Of a stretch of DNA of 64,000 bases, positions 31,455 to 43,944 are shown piece after piece. The notes under the pieces were generated by a model. The model did no database searches, was not told the DNA's origin, and saw nothing but the letters and a program-made list of their open reading frames with translations. Within the stretch, counting starts at the first letter, position 1; every line of letters begins with the position of its first letter. This DNA comes from Octopus vulgaris (taxonomy: Eukaryota): NCBI GenBank assembly GCA_951406725.2, contig OX597837.1, forward strand, positions 41,044,001-41,108,000, given 5' to 3'. The position numbers and the translations under genes are program-made.

Positions 31455-31653
31455 AAATGATAATATTTTTTATTTCCGTTTTTGGTTGTTGTTTCAAAGT
31501 TTATAATATTTTGTTGTGTTGCTTTTAGAGAAAAATAAATGATGGGTGAAAGATGAGGGCCAAGAAATATTAAAAGATGAAAAAGATTAGAAATTGTTAG
31601 GGTTAGGAATAAGTGGTTTAAAGGGTTTGGATGTTAAGGGGACGGAAGCTGAG

Positions 31654-31688
<35 letters not shown>

Positions 31689-32085
31689 AGACGAAGAAGA
31701 AGATGGTGGAGGCGAAGACGTACAAGCCGAAGAGTGCCGAGAGTGTGTGGGCATGTATGTGTATGTCTGTGTGTATCTGTGTGTATGTGTGTGCTTTCGG
31801 TTCTGAGTGCATGTGCATATGTGTGTGTGTGTTTAATGGAACGAAAAGTCACGTGTCAGTGAACATTTTAAAGAAAAGCACAAGGGGGCACACACAAACA
31901 CACACACACACACTTACACATACGCGTATACTCATACAAACTCCCACGACAAAGACACATTCACGCTCATACTCACATACACAGTGAGACTCATATACAC
32001 ACACAGACGCAATAAATTCTTAGTAGCAATTTTTTTTATCATTTGTCTCACATATGAATACACGGATGGATTGAACTGTATATTG

Positions 32086-32162
<77 letters not shown>

Positions 32163-32194
32163 ATACCTATCTATCTATCTATCTATCTATATAC

Positions 32195-32246
<52 letters not shown>

Positions 32247-32287
32247 ATACCTATCTATTCATTTCTCTATCTTTCCATCTCTTTATC

Positions 32288-32318
<31 letters not shown>

Positions 32319-32327
32319 AGATATCTC

Positions 32328-32375
<48 letters not shown>

Positions 32376-32391
32376 GCTATCTATCTATCTA

Positions 32392-32450
<59 letters not shown>

Positions 32451-33049
32451 CTATATATTTCGTCTTCACTCCTATTCTCAACAATCTTACATTCTTTCTT
32501 TCTCTCTCTCCCCCTCTCTCTCTCTCTCTCTCTCAATCTCTCTCTCATTCTATCTCTCTTTCTCTCTGAATTTTGATCTATTGTTATTCTCTGTTTTTTT
32601 TTTTTTTTTGCAAAAATCACTATTTCTCCCTCTTTCTCTCTCTTACTGTAAAATATATATAACAATCGCTGGTTGACTCAGTGTGTGTGTGTGTGTGTAT
32701 GTATACATAGGTACACATACACACGTACACACGTACACACGGACGGACAGAGTCACATAGATACTACAGAGAGAATATTTAGTAGATGTGAAAGAGAAAA
32801 AAAAGAAAGAAAATGACAAGACAGGGAGACAAGAAAAAGAAAAAATGAGGGAGTGAGAAAGAGAAAGAAAAAGAGGGAGTGAGAAAGAGAAAGGAAAAAA
32901 GGGAGTGAGAGAAGGAGGGAGGGAGGTAGGGAGGGAGGGAGAGAACAAATTTATACCATAGTCATGTTTTTTTAATATTTACACACACATACTATATACA
33001 TGCAAGCATACAAACACTCATATACTCACATACACACAAATATATATAC

Positions 33050-33121
<72 letters not shown>

Positions 33122-33156
33122 ATATCTATATATATATATGTGTGTGTATATCTATC

Positions 33157-33189
<33 letters not shown>

Positions 33190-33203
33190 ATATATACACA
33201 CAC

Positions 33204-33236
<33 letters not shown>

Positions 33237-33237
<1 letters not shown>

Positions 33238-34034
33238 CAGGTGAAACTCTCACGGCGTCCAACAACATCAGAGACTTGGGAGTAATTGTGGACAACAACG
33301 TAAGCTGGGCCACTCATATAAACACCAAAGTTGACATGGCCCGCAGAATGTGTTCCTGGATTCTCAGAACTTTCCAGTCGAGAGATATCCACACCATTAT
33401 CCTTCTCTTCTCCACTTTTGCCCGACCCCACCTTGAATACTGTTGTCCACTGTGGTCTCCCCACACAATACAAGGTATCATAAAAGTCGAAGCACCTCAA
33501 AGGGCAATCACAAAAAAGATAGATGGCATGACAGGCCTCGACTATTGGGGTCGACTAGAAAAGCTAAAACTCTATTCTCTCCAACGTCGTCGTGAGCGCT
33601 ACATCATCTGCATGATGTGGAAAATATTCCATCAGCATTGCCCAAATGATGTTGGCATCACCTTTAAGGTACATCCAAGGCTTGGGCCCCGTGCCATCCG
33701 CCCAAAACAAAAATCGCACTCTCATCTCATAACAACAATACGGCACAATTATTTCACCTCAATTGGCCCCGCTCTCTTTAACATTACACCAAAACACATT
33801 AAAACAGAAACTGACCCTATAGGGTTCAAGAAGTCTTTGGACAGATTCCTTCAAGAAATCCCGGATAAACCCCCTACACCCGGATATGTCTCTGTAAACA
33901 ATAACTCTCTACTTGAGTGGGCCATAGTGCCCAAATTCTGACTTGAAAGACTTCACCAGGTGGTGCTATTAAGTTAGACATGGCCTGGGCCAATAATGGC
34001 CGAAACCTATCAAAGTATCAAAGTATCAAAGTAT
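33237..34034 (+). mobile_element. 5'-truncated CR1-clade LINE: ORF2 C-terminus in one open frame, 3' UTR and 8-bp tail repeats
   Basis: [48 protein letters not shown] and FKKSLDRFL; stop at 33941; (ATCAAAGT)n tail; inserted in (TA)n. Confidence 0.92.
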
Positions 34035-34039
34035 ATATG

Positions 34040-34111
<72 letters not shown>

Positions 34112-34471
34112 CAATTGCAGCGTGGAAGGTGTTTATACATATATATGTGTATGTATGTATGTATAGGCCTTCATTCACACCATATATATTTGCTTATTCA
34201 TTCTCTGACTCTCTCCTTTTATTTCTGTCTTTCTCTTTTCTTATTCTCTCCTTTTCTCTCCTTTTCTCTAAATCTCTCCTATTCTTTCCTTTTTCATTCA
34301 CGCCTGTCATTCTTTCCTTCTTTATGCCCGTTATTCTATCTGTTTGTCTGTCTGTCTGTCTATCTATCTCTCTATATGTCTCTCTGTCTGTTTTTCTGTT
34401 TATCTATCTATCCATCCATCCATCTATCTATCTATCTATCTGTCAATATGTGTGTGTGTGTATGTATATAT

Positions 34472-34524
<53 letters not shown>

Positions 34525-34728
34525 CTAATCCAAACAAGAAAGCACAAAAAAACACAACAACGCGAGGACGTGGAACAAATATAGTATTATTGGACGCTCA
34601 GGAAAGAAAGAAAGAAGGAGGATTTAACGTTTCGAGCGGAGCTCTTCGTCAGAAACATAGGAGAAGGAAAGATCCAGAGAAGGGAAGACAGAGGAAAAAG
34701 AACCGCCAACGGTACACACGTGGTCACA
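34525..34728 (-). mobile_element. Hammerhead-bearing short element family H1 (~200 nt)
   Basis: Reverse complement closely matches 42097-42296. Confidence 0.85.
34622..34656 (-). ncRNA. Minimal type I hammerhead ribozyme
   Basis: Minus strand GTTT-CTGACGA-A-GAGC(TCC)GCTC-GAAA-CG-TT-AAAT. Confidence 0.78.
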
Positions 34729-35120
34729 TGCATATATCTATCTATCTATTTGGTAGTCTATTGGGTTATCTCTTCCTATTACTCTCTCTCTCTCTCTCTC
34801 TCTCTCTCCTCCCGTTCAATTACTTTCTCTTTCTCTCTTTCTTTGGTCCATCTTTTCTTCCCCCAACATACAGGCATTCTCTTTCTCTGTATTTCTTTTT
34901 CCTCACCCTTTTCCCCTCTTTCTCTCACCATCTCTCTCTCTTTCTCTCCCTCTCTAAGTGCTCTCCTTCTTTCCCATACTTCCACCATGCATACACACAC
35001 ATACTCACACTTACCTCTCTTTAATATTCTTTTCTCTCAAATCCAGTAAAACCCATCACGCTTCCTCTCCATCAGCTATGGATCCCGGATGGCCACACAT
35101 CATAACTCATTGATATACAG

Positions 35121-35454
35121 CAGTGGATTTCAACCGGGATCCACGTGGTCCCTGGGGATCCATATAACATGTTTGAGGGTCCAGTAAATTGGGGATCCAC
35201 AAAAGTATTTTAAGGAACACGGAAAATAATTGGTTTGGATGAATGTATTGGCATGTATTACAAGAAACGGGTTTCTTTCTCTACCGTTTTATATCGTCCA
35301 TCCTACTACACAAGTTGATGTGTGATAACCAAAATAAGAATTTTGAAAGAAGTATCAATAAAACTAGATTTTAACATCGAATGGTTGTGGGGCTCAACCA
35401 GAATAAAACGATAATCAAAGAGGTCAATAGATAAAAAAGGGTTGAAACCTCATG
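35121..35454 (+). mobile_element. hAT-like (CAGTGG.TCTCAACC type) non-autonomous DNA transposon
   Basis: Ends CAGTGGATTTCAACC and GGTTGAAACCTCATG, with GGATCC/GGGTCC subterminal repeats; a homolog lies at 39379-40060. Confidence 0.65.
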
Positions 35455-35959
35455 TATATTATACAGGGACTATGCATTTAGGCGGCGAGCTGATAGAAGC
35501 GTTAGCGCGCCGTGCGAAATGCGTAGACATATATATACATATATACACACACACATACATATATGTATATATATTTATTCCCTGGGTTTTAAATGTTACA
35601 TTATAACACCTGAATTAAATAAAAACATTCAACACCAGTAAGCTTACTTTATATTTTAAAACACATACACACATCTATACACTCATAAACATACTCACAC
35701 TCGCGTATGTTTTTCTGTTTCGATTCCTCAGAGTTACTATCTAGTTTCATGCCTCTGAGTAAAAATGGACAATTAAAAGAATCCCTACTTTAGATGAAAC
35801 TGAGATCCTATTGTGAGGAAGTGTACCCTCGGTTCCTTTAACAAATAGTAAGACATACTCAGCGCCTGTATTGAGTTCATTTCTTCTAAAGGTCGATAAC
35901 ACACCTAGTGATATATGTAAATGTAAACAGCAGACATACACACGCCTCAAATCTACCTA

Positions 35960-37145
35960 GTTCTTGGTAGATTGAACAAAATGATTAATAGCTTTAATCG
36001 GTTTCAACCCTTTTTTGTGTCTCATCAGAGCTGTCTAGATCACTTGATGATTCCTAGAGAAACAAACAGTCAATCTGTCTATATACAAAACAAATCCTGT
36101 AGCTTCAGAGAACTGAAGATGCCCATTTCCTTACCACAAGTGTTTAGACTTTGTTTAATACCAGTGGCCTGTCAACGGGGATTTTAGGCCTCGCAGTATG
36201 AAGATATGATATAATATATATATATATATATATATAAACCTACAAATATGTTAAATTTATTTGTTTCTCTGTAAAATGTTAAAAATGACGATCAGTTTTA
36301 ATCGATTTTCGGGCCTTATTAAGGTTTCATCAGAGGTGTTTACATTCCTTGACAAATCTCAGAGAAACAGAGAGTCAATCCGTTTATATAAATAACAAAT
36401 CCAGTAGCTTCTGAGAAACTGAGGAGGCTTATTTGAGTATTATCTGTATGTAGTACTTAAGTGAATATCAGTGTCTTGTCAATGATGAACCAAGTCTACA
36501 CAATATCAAGGTATGATATATTTAAGCCTACGTTGTAGACATAGTAACATATCGAATTCATTTATTTCTCCTTAAAGTGAAAAAATAATGAAAAGTCTTA
36601 ATGAATCTTTGACCCTTATTGGGGTCTTATCAGAGGGGTCTGCATCACTTAACCAATCCCAGAGAAAAAAATGTAACCAATGTACTTATTATATACACAT
36701 CAAATACTTAATATGATAAGGCACAGATGTGGCTGTGTGGTAAGGTGTTTGCCTCCCAACCGTATGGTTCTGGGTTCAATCCCAATGCACGGCACCTTGG
36801 GCAAGTGTCTTCTACAAAAGTCCCTGACCAACCAAAGCCTTGTGAATGGATTTTGCAGACAGAAACATGCATGCATAGAAGGAAGGAAGGATGGATGGAT
36901 GGATGGATGGATGGATGGATGGATGTATTGATGGATGGATGGATGGATGGATGGATGGATGGATGGATGGATGGATGGATGGATGGATGGATGGGAAACC
37001 TACAAACTTGTCGAATTTACCTATTTCCCTGTAAACTGAAGAAAAAGGAACAGCATTAATCAATTTTCCAACCTTATTGATGTCTCATCAGAAGTGTCCA
37101 CATCACTTGACCAATACCAGAGAAACAAAAAGCCAATCCTTTTAC
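35960..37145 (-). repeat. Tandem array of four degenerate ~300-nt monomers, each with a type I hammerhead motif (retrozyme-like)
   Basis: Cores (plus strand TCATCAG/TTATCAG) at 36022, 36327, 36627 and 37085. Shared blocks include CAAATCC.GTAGCTTC.GAGAA and AAACCTACAAA...AATTTA. Minus-strand consensus CTGATGA-GACCC(CAATAA)GGGTC-GAAA-ATCGAT-TA. Confidence 0.75.
36720..36995 (+). mobile_element. SINE family B 5' half plus (GGAT)n, inserted in the hammerhead array
   Basis: GTGGCTGTGTGGTAAG...GGCACCTTGGGCAAGTG followed by (GGAT)n. Confidence 0.85.
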
Positions 37146-37689
37146 ACTCTACAGAACTAGAACTACTACTTTGCATACAATAATCGTTTAACACTTTACC
37201 TGTACAGAGTTAGTTTCTTCTTGAGGTCGATAACAACCCTAGCACTGTATGAGTCTATGCAAATGAATCCATCTTCCATTCGGTTTTTCGTCTACCAAAA
37301 TTAAACAGCAAGACATTTGTTGACTCGAATCTGGTCAAACTAAAGTTTTGGTAGAAAACCCTTGCACAAAATGCTGCGCAGTGACGATTATCGATCTCGT
37401 AACCAAATAGTTCTGCATCGATCTTCTTTATTTACAGACATCTGTACGGCCTTAGTTATGAAATTTGCTTCACAATGTTGAAGTTTTTTGGACAGTTATA
37501 TTTTAGCATAGCATTGAGGGAGCCCCAAGTTTTTAGGGATCCCCACATTTTCCATACTTGCTGGGACTATACAAAGAGGTGGTGTCCCTGGCGTTTGTAA
37601 GCCCTTCTAGACGGCCAACTTGATGCCATTGTTTTGTCTTTAAACTATTAAAAGACGACACCTGAAGTAAGTAGAGGAACAGTGAGAGG

Positions 37690-38280
37690 AATCCAAGATG
37701 ACAATCCAGGAGAGGAATGAATGAGTTAATTGCTTTGCACCTGGTCTAGGATGTTGAACAAAGATGACGAGAGGTGAAGAGGGTCGGAAGAGTCTCACTG
37801 GAGGAGGCCCAAAACCTGTCACTTCGAAGAATCCAGGCTGACAATGGTTTAGAGATGAATGAACGGGTTAATTGGTTTGTGCCTGCTCTGGGATTTTGAG
37901 TAAAAGTGACGAGAGGTGAAGAGGTGAGAGGGTCGGACGTGCCAGGCTGAAGCAGGCCCAAAACCTGTCACTTCGAAGAATCCAGGCTGACAATACTTTA
38001 GAGAGAAATAAATGGGTTAATTGCTTTGCGCCTGTTCTGAGATGTTGAACAAAGATGACGAGATTTAAAGAGACGTGTGGGTCGGAAAAACCTGACTGGA
38101 GGAAGCCCAAAACCTGTCACTTCGAAGAATCCAGGCTGACAATGCTTTAGAGAGGAATGAACGGGTTAATTGGTTTACACCTGCACTGGGATGTTGAGTA
38201 AAAGTGACGAGAGGTGAAGAGACGAGTGGGTTGGATGTACCTGGCTGGAGATGGCCCAAACCCTGCCAACTACGAAGAGG
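37690..38280. repeat. ~149-150-nt tandem repeat, four units, alternating A/B subtypes
   Basis: AAAACCTGTCACTTCGAAGAATCCAGGCTGACAAT at 37811, 37961 and 38109, with partial copies at both ends. Confidence 0.92.
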
Positions 38281-38379
38281 TCATTATGTGGTGGTAGTCT
38301 CTCGTTGTCCAAGAAAGACATTTCTGCAATGTTTTGCTGAACAACCTTCACAAATGATTTGTTTATAGGGATCAAACGT

Positions 38380-38592
38380 CTGTGCTGTACATTAAGCTCA
38401 CTCCCTCCATCAAATAGAGGTGGCATGAAAAGGTGCACATGATTCCATGTGTCAGGTGTTGAAATTGATCGCAAAGCAACATGAAATGGAATGTTCTGCT
38501 CAAGAGACAACATGCCGCCATTTCCTGGAAATGAAACTTCGATCTTACGATCGTGGGTGCAATACTCTAACCACCAGGCCATGCGTCCTCAC
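38380..38592 (-). mobile_element. Old tRNA-derived SINE (family D)
   Basis: Minus-strand head GTGAGGACGCATGGCCTGGTGGTTAGAG...; related head at 54405-54507. Confidence 0.65.
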
Positions 38593-39378
38593 AAGGGGTC
38601 ATTAGAGTAACGCTATAACAGGTCAAAGAGAGGGCACAGAATGCCTATGGGCCAAGAGGTGGAGCAGGGTCTATGAGTGCTTGTATGTCAGTCGGTCAGT
38701 CGTGTTAGCTTTATCTAGATCCCTCTGTGTCCAGGATGTGTGTATGTGTGTATGTATGTGTGTGTGTGTGTGTGTGCATGTATTTGTTATTCAAATTCAA
38801 AGTGTTACCCTTGTGATTCATGGGGGTCATGTTGGTTCTTTGTGAGGATTTTCTGTGAGAAACAAGTGTCTATGATTCATAAACAGATGTACTGTATAGG
38901 GTAACACGATGATAGCATATGTAATGCACATGGTAACATGATCATAATTTATGATAATATATTATGATAATTTTTGTCATAAACTATCTTGTCAAACTAT
39001 TTGCGGTATAATTTACACTAGCAATATAAAGTGAATACGTAGAGACCTTACATACACATACGCATAGATACATATACATACATACATGTATAAGAATAAA
39101 TCAGTGCTTGTGCATATATATATATATATATACATACATATACACACACACAAACACACACACACATATTTATGCCGGTGTCGCTGTACCTGTTTTTATT
39201 TCCCCCCACCCCCCACATCACTCGAGTTTTGGTTTTTACCTCAACTCTAACCTTAACCCTTACCCTAGGCCTAACCCTTATCCTGACACTAATCCTAAGC
39301 CTTGCGGTTCGGCACATGGAGTCAGATAAAATAAGCGCCATATTTAAAAATATACTGGGGGTCGATTTATTCGAATAA

Positions 39379-40060
<682 letters not shown>

Positions 40061-40346
40061 GGCTTATACCTGCAATAGGATGCCCTAGCATGGCCAGTTC
40101 AGTGGTTGAAATAAGTAAAAGATAAAAGATAAAATATAAGGAGATGAGAGAATCAAGTTGAAGAAAGATCCGAAAGAAAAGCTGAAAGAAATCTCTCTTC
40201 AAAGAACATTGGAAAATTCCGAGTAAAACACGAAACAGCTCAGCTAGAAGATCGTGCGTGGGAACTTGTAACGAAGAACACCGACATAAGAACACAGAGA
40301 TAAGGTAGCATGGAACAGACATCTGCTAGTGATTATATAAGCATAT

Positions 40347-40560
40347 GGCGGTGGGGTGGCACAATGCACGCCGGGAGAAATGCTTGTCAGCATTCCGTCC
40401 GTTTGCATGTTCTGAGTTCAAATTCCGTCGAGGTCGGCTTTGCTTCTCGTTTTCTCCCGGAGATCAATAAAATAAGGACCAGTTGAGCACGTGAGTCGAT
40501 ATAACCGATTTTGTCCCTTTCCAGAAATTGCTGGCCTTGTGTCAAAATTTGAAACCAGTA
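40347..40560 (+). mobile_element. SINE family C, diverged
   Basis: GTTCTGAGTTCAAATTCCGTCGAGGTCGGCTTTGC. Confidence 0.8.
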
Positions 40561-40619
40561 ATGATATAACCGTAGATGGAATATTTCGTTTTTTGGATTT
40601 GGTTTAATATCAATAGAAT

Positions 40620-41145
40620 ATATTTCGAACATGGTTTATCTTGGCCTTATAGAATCTGAAAATGGCAAATGTGAAAGAGAAAGTAGACGAAGAATAGAAA
40701 TTGCAAGAAAGACATATGGAAATATAACAAAAGCTTTAAGATTGTACGTCGTCCATATTATTAATGGTGTAGAAACAAGGACATTGATGAAAAGCTTTGA
40801 AAATTAGAAGCAAGAGTGATAAGAAAATCTTGGACAAGATATAAAAGTAATGAAGAATTACTGCAATTAGCAAACAGAGAAATCTCGTGACTCTGAACTA
40901 TTGAGGGGGAAAAAGGCTGAAGTACTTTCGTCACATAATAAAAGAATAAGGTGTACAAAGATTATTTAGAGATGGAAAGATAAATGGAAAACCCTCAGGA
41001 GGTAGACCTGGGACGACCTGGTTTGTTAACAGCAAGGACTGGACTAAACTATTATATGGTGAATGTGTGAGAATGATAGAGAGTCGAATGGAGGTCCTTG
41101 GTGTTCAACTTGCTCAGAGCAAATGACACCAAATAATGATAATGA
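40620..41145 (+). mobile_element. Degenerate RTE-clade LINE 3' fragment
   Basis: VYLG..ESENGKCERESRRRIEIARK, SWTRYKSNEELL, LKYFRHI, GKINGKPSGGRPGTTW and WRSLV motifs; short (TAA/TGA) tail. Confidence 0.82.
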
Positions 41146-41237
41146 AGGGAATAAGTCAGACTTGTATGAATATTTAATTATATGTGTGTGTGTATGTATA
41201 TATATATATGTATATATGTATGTATGAGCACACACAA

Positions 41238-41291
<54 letters not shown>

Positions 41292-41459
41292 ATGTAGGTA
41301 TACACACACACACTCACAAACACACACATATGATAAAATGTTGCCATAAATTTAGAAAGACATTCAAACATTTCAGTTCTCAATTAAAATAATCTCTCAT
41401 ATATTTTATAATAGGGTTAATTCTTCTAAAAGATTTATTATATTTAATATATATATGTA

Positions 41460-41812
41460 TTGTTACTTCTTTCGGTCTTTGGACTGCGACTTTGCTGTAG
41501 ATTAGCTTTATGGGGTTTAATCAATCAAATTGATCCCAGTACGTTTGTTTTGAGCCTGGTACTTCTATCGAACTCTTTATCGAACCGCTATGTTAAGAAA
41601 CCAACATCAGTTATCAAGCGGTGATGGAGTAAAACACAAAGACATACACACACACGCGTGTGTGTATACGACGAGATTCTTTCAGTTTCCGTTCGCCAAA
41701 TCCGTTCACAAAGCTTTAAGAGATATAACAGAAGACACTTGCCCAAGGGCGATTTGCAGTGGGACTGAACTGAGAACGATGTGGTTGAGAAGGAAACTTC
41801 TTACTACACAAC
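41460..41812 (-). mobile_element. SINE family B, diverged
   Basis: TTCTTTCAGTTTCCG...AAGACACTTGCCCAAGG...GTGGGACTGAAC. Confidence 0.8.
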
Positions 41813-42096
41813 CAAATACACACACACACACACACACACATGTATGTGCATCTACGTATATGCGTGCATCTGGATATATGCATGCGTGGTTTGTATCTCT
41901 TGTATGTGTGTGCGCGTGTGTGTTCTACAGTTTGTATATAGAGATTATACTCGTGTCTCCATGCGTGCCAATGTCCTCAGTCAAATGTGAGCATTTTTAT
42001 GGCCCTCTGTTTATGAATGCTTGACCGTCAGTTACTGTACATATACACAGCTACACGTAAACACATAAACACATTCACACATCACACTCATACACG

Positions 42097-42296
42097 CACG
42101 TGACAGCGTGTGTATCGTTGGCGATTTTTTCCTCCGTCTTCCCTTCCTTGGATCTTTCCTTTTCCTATGTTTCTGACGAAGAGTTCCGCTCGAAACGTTA
42201 AATCCCCCTTCATTCTTTCCTTTCCTGAGCGTCCAATAACACTGTACTTGTTCCACGTCCTCGCGTTGTTGTGTTTTCATGTTTGGATTAACTTTA
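42097..42296 (+). mobile_element. Hammerhead-bearing short element family H1 (~200 nt)
   Basis: Homologous to the 30.0-kb and 34.6-kb copies; followed by (TACA)n and (TA)n. Confidence 0.85.
42169..42203 (+). ncRNA. Minimal type I hammerhead ribozyme
   Basis: GTTT-CTGACGA-A-GAGT(TCC)GCTC-GAAA-CG-TT-AAAT; the C-to-T change in stem II keeps a U-G pair. Confidence 0.75.
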
Positions 42297-42326
42297 TATA
42301 CATACATACATACATACATACATACA

Positions 42327-42406
<80 letters not shown>

Positions 42407-42481
42407 TAAAAAAAATGGAGTTGAACGCAGGTGTTATTCGAATTCTTTGAGTTGAACGCAGGTGTTATTCGAATTCTTTTA

Positions 42482-42567
42482 CTTTCGACATATGTTTCGA
42501 AGACTACATTGGTTTTATTCCAAAGGAATAAACGGTGTAAAATAATGTAATCTTCTTATCAGGAAAG
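42482..42567 (-). ncRNA. Type I hammerhead ribozyme with extended stem II (core G8-to-A variant)
   Basis: Minus strand CTTTC-CTGATAA-GAAGATTACATT...(TTTATTCC TTT GGAATAAA)...AATGTAGTCTTC-GAAA-CATATG-TC-GAAAG: 5-bp stem I, 12-bp stem II, palindromic stem III and a GUC site. Confidence 0.8.
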
Positions 42568-43633
42568 AAAGAGAGCCTATCTCAACAACAAGACATTATG
42601 TTTTGTTGTTGAGATAGGTTCTCTTTCTTTACGTCAGCTACTACCACACAACAGTCTCTAACATACTGCAACCACTACTATGCAAAACTTATTTTATCTT
42701 GGATTTGTTGTATTAAGTCTTGCCTTGGACTAGACAACAGCAACGCCACCTTATCTCGTCTCCACACATAATCCAGCATAAAACTCCCAAATCAAACCTT
42801 CCTCCTTCAACTAAAATCACTCTCAACCGGGATCCCTAGGAATTTCCATTTCCGACATTTAGTTTATCCTTCTAGGTTGTATTAAGAGATGAACTGGAGT
42901 GGGGGTAATGTCCATCATGGCATTATCAGGCCCCAAAGAATTGTCGGATGTTTGGTTCCAAGATATTCTCTTCTCTGTAGAGATCTTTCGACGAAAATGT
43001 AGCGAGACATTTAAAGTAGACACTTGCCTTGCATGCTAACGCTGTTGCTGTACGCCGTTTCCGGATGCATGGAAGGGTTCGACGTCTCATCAGAGGCCGA
43101 AACAGCTCTATAGATATTTCTGCCTCGTCCACCGCGATATTAGAGCTGCCTGAAGCCACCCTGCGATCCAAGTAACAAAACATCCGCACAATAGCACAGG
43201 ATTTTTAAAGTCGGTTGTTGTGACTTCTTGGCCAAATGTTTCTACCATCTTCAATGGTCGTTCTTGCTGCTGCACAACTGGTCCTCTCTGTTGAATCAGT
43301 GAAAGCAATGATTTGCTTTCTAAGCGGCTACCGGCAATATTTTTGGCAGCTTACTCTGTCTCCTTCGCAATGAGTCTAAGATTCGAGTGAATCCTGGGTG
43401 TAGGGGTAAACATTTTTAGGTGCAACAATCGAGGCTATTGGTTGGTTGTGGTGGAAGTGAATGGAAGAGAGATACAGCTTGGAAAAGAAAGGAGAAAGAC
43501 TTAGATGTCTTGGAAGTGCAGAGTTCCAAGGAAATGTAATTAAAGAACAGTCTCAGAGTAGGAAAGACTTGTAATTGTATTTTGAACTAAAACATTTGTC
43601 ATAAAGTCAAAGGACCAATTTTTTGGAATTCTG

Positions 43634-43664
<31 letters not shown>

Positions 43665-43715
43665 CAGGAGCAGCAGTAGCAATGTCATTCATAATCGCAT
43701 AAGTATATACGTATG

Positions 43716-43746
<31 letters not shown>

Positions 43747-43762
43747 ACATATATATACATAT

Positions 43763-43821
<59 letters not shown>

Positions 43822-43862
43822 GTGTGTGTATGTGTGTGTGTAGTTAGATAGATAGATAGTAG

Positions 43863-43929
<67 letters not shown>

Positions 43930-43944
43930 GCGCAGATATTTCTG

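Noticed and set aside
33985-34010. GGCC-AATAAT-GGCC-GAAAC resembles hammerhead stem II plus GAAA
   Set aside because: No upstream CUGANGA; better explained as the CR1 3' stem-loop.
36110-36440. Plus-strand CTGAAGA and CTGAGGA at equivalent positions in two array monomers, suggesting an opposite-polarity hammerhead
   Set aside because: Neither copy has stem II followed by GAAA. Worth rechecking only in a genome-wide consensus.
37640-38582. Overlapping minus-strand ORFs with repeated peptide (WILRSDRFWA)
   Set aside because: The frame shifts at each repeat unit, which fits a non-coding satellite.
42850-43620. Possible decayed LTR-retrotransposon gag on the minus strand (RGGRGRN, Cys-containing stretch)
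   Set aside because: Too degenerate to support by eye; needs a translated profile search.
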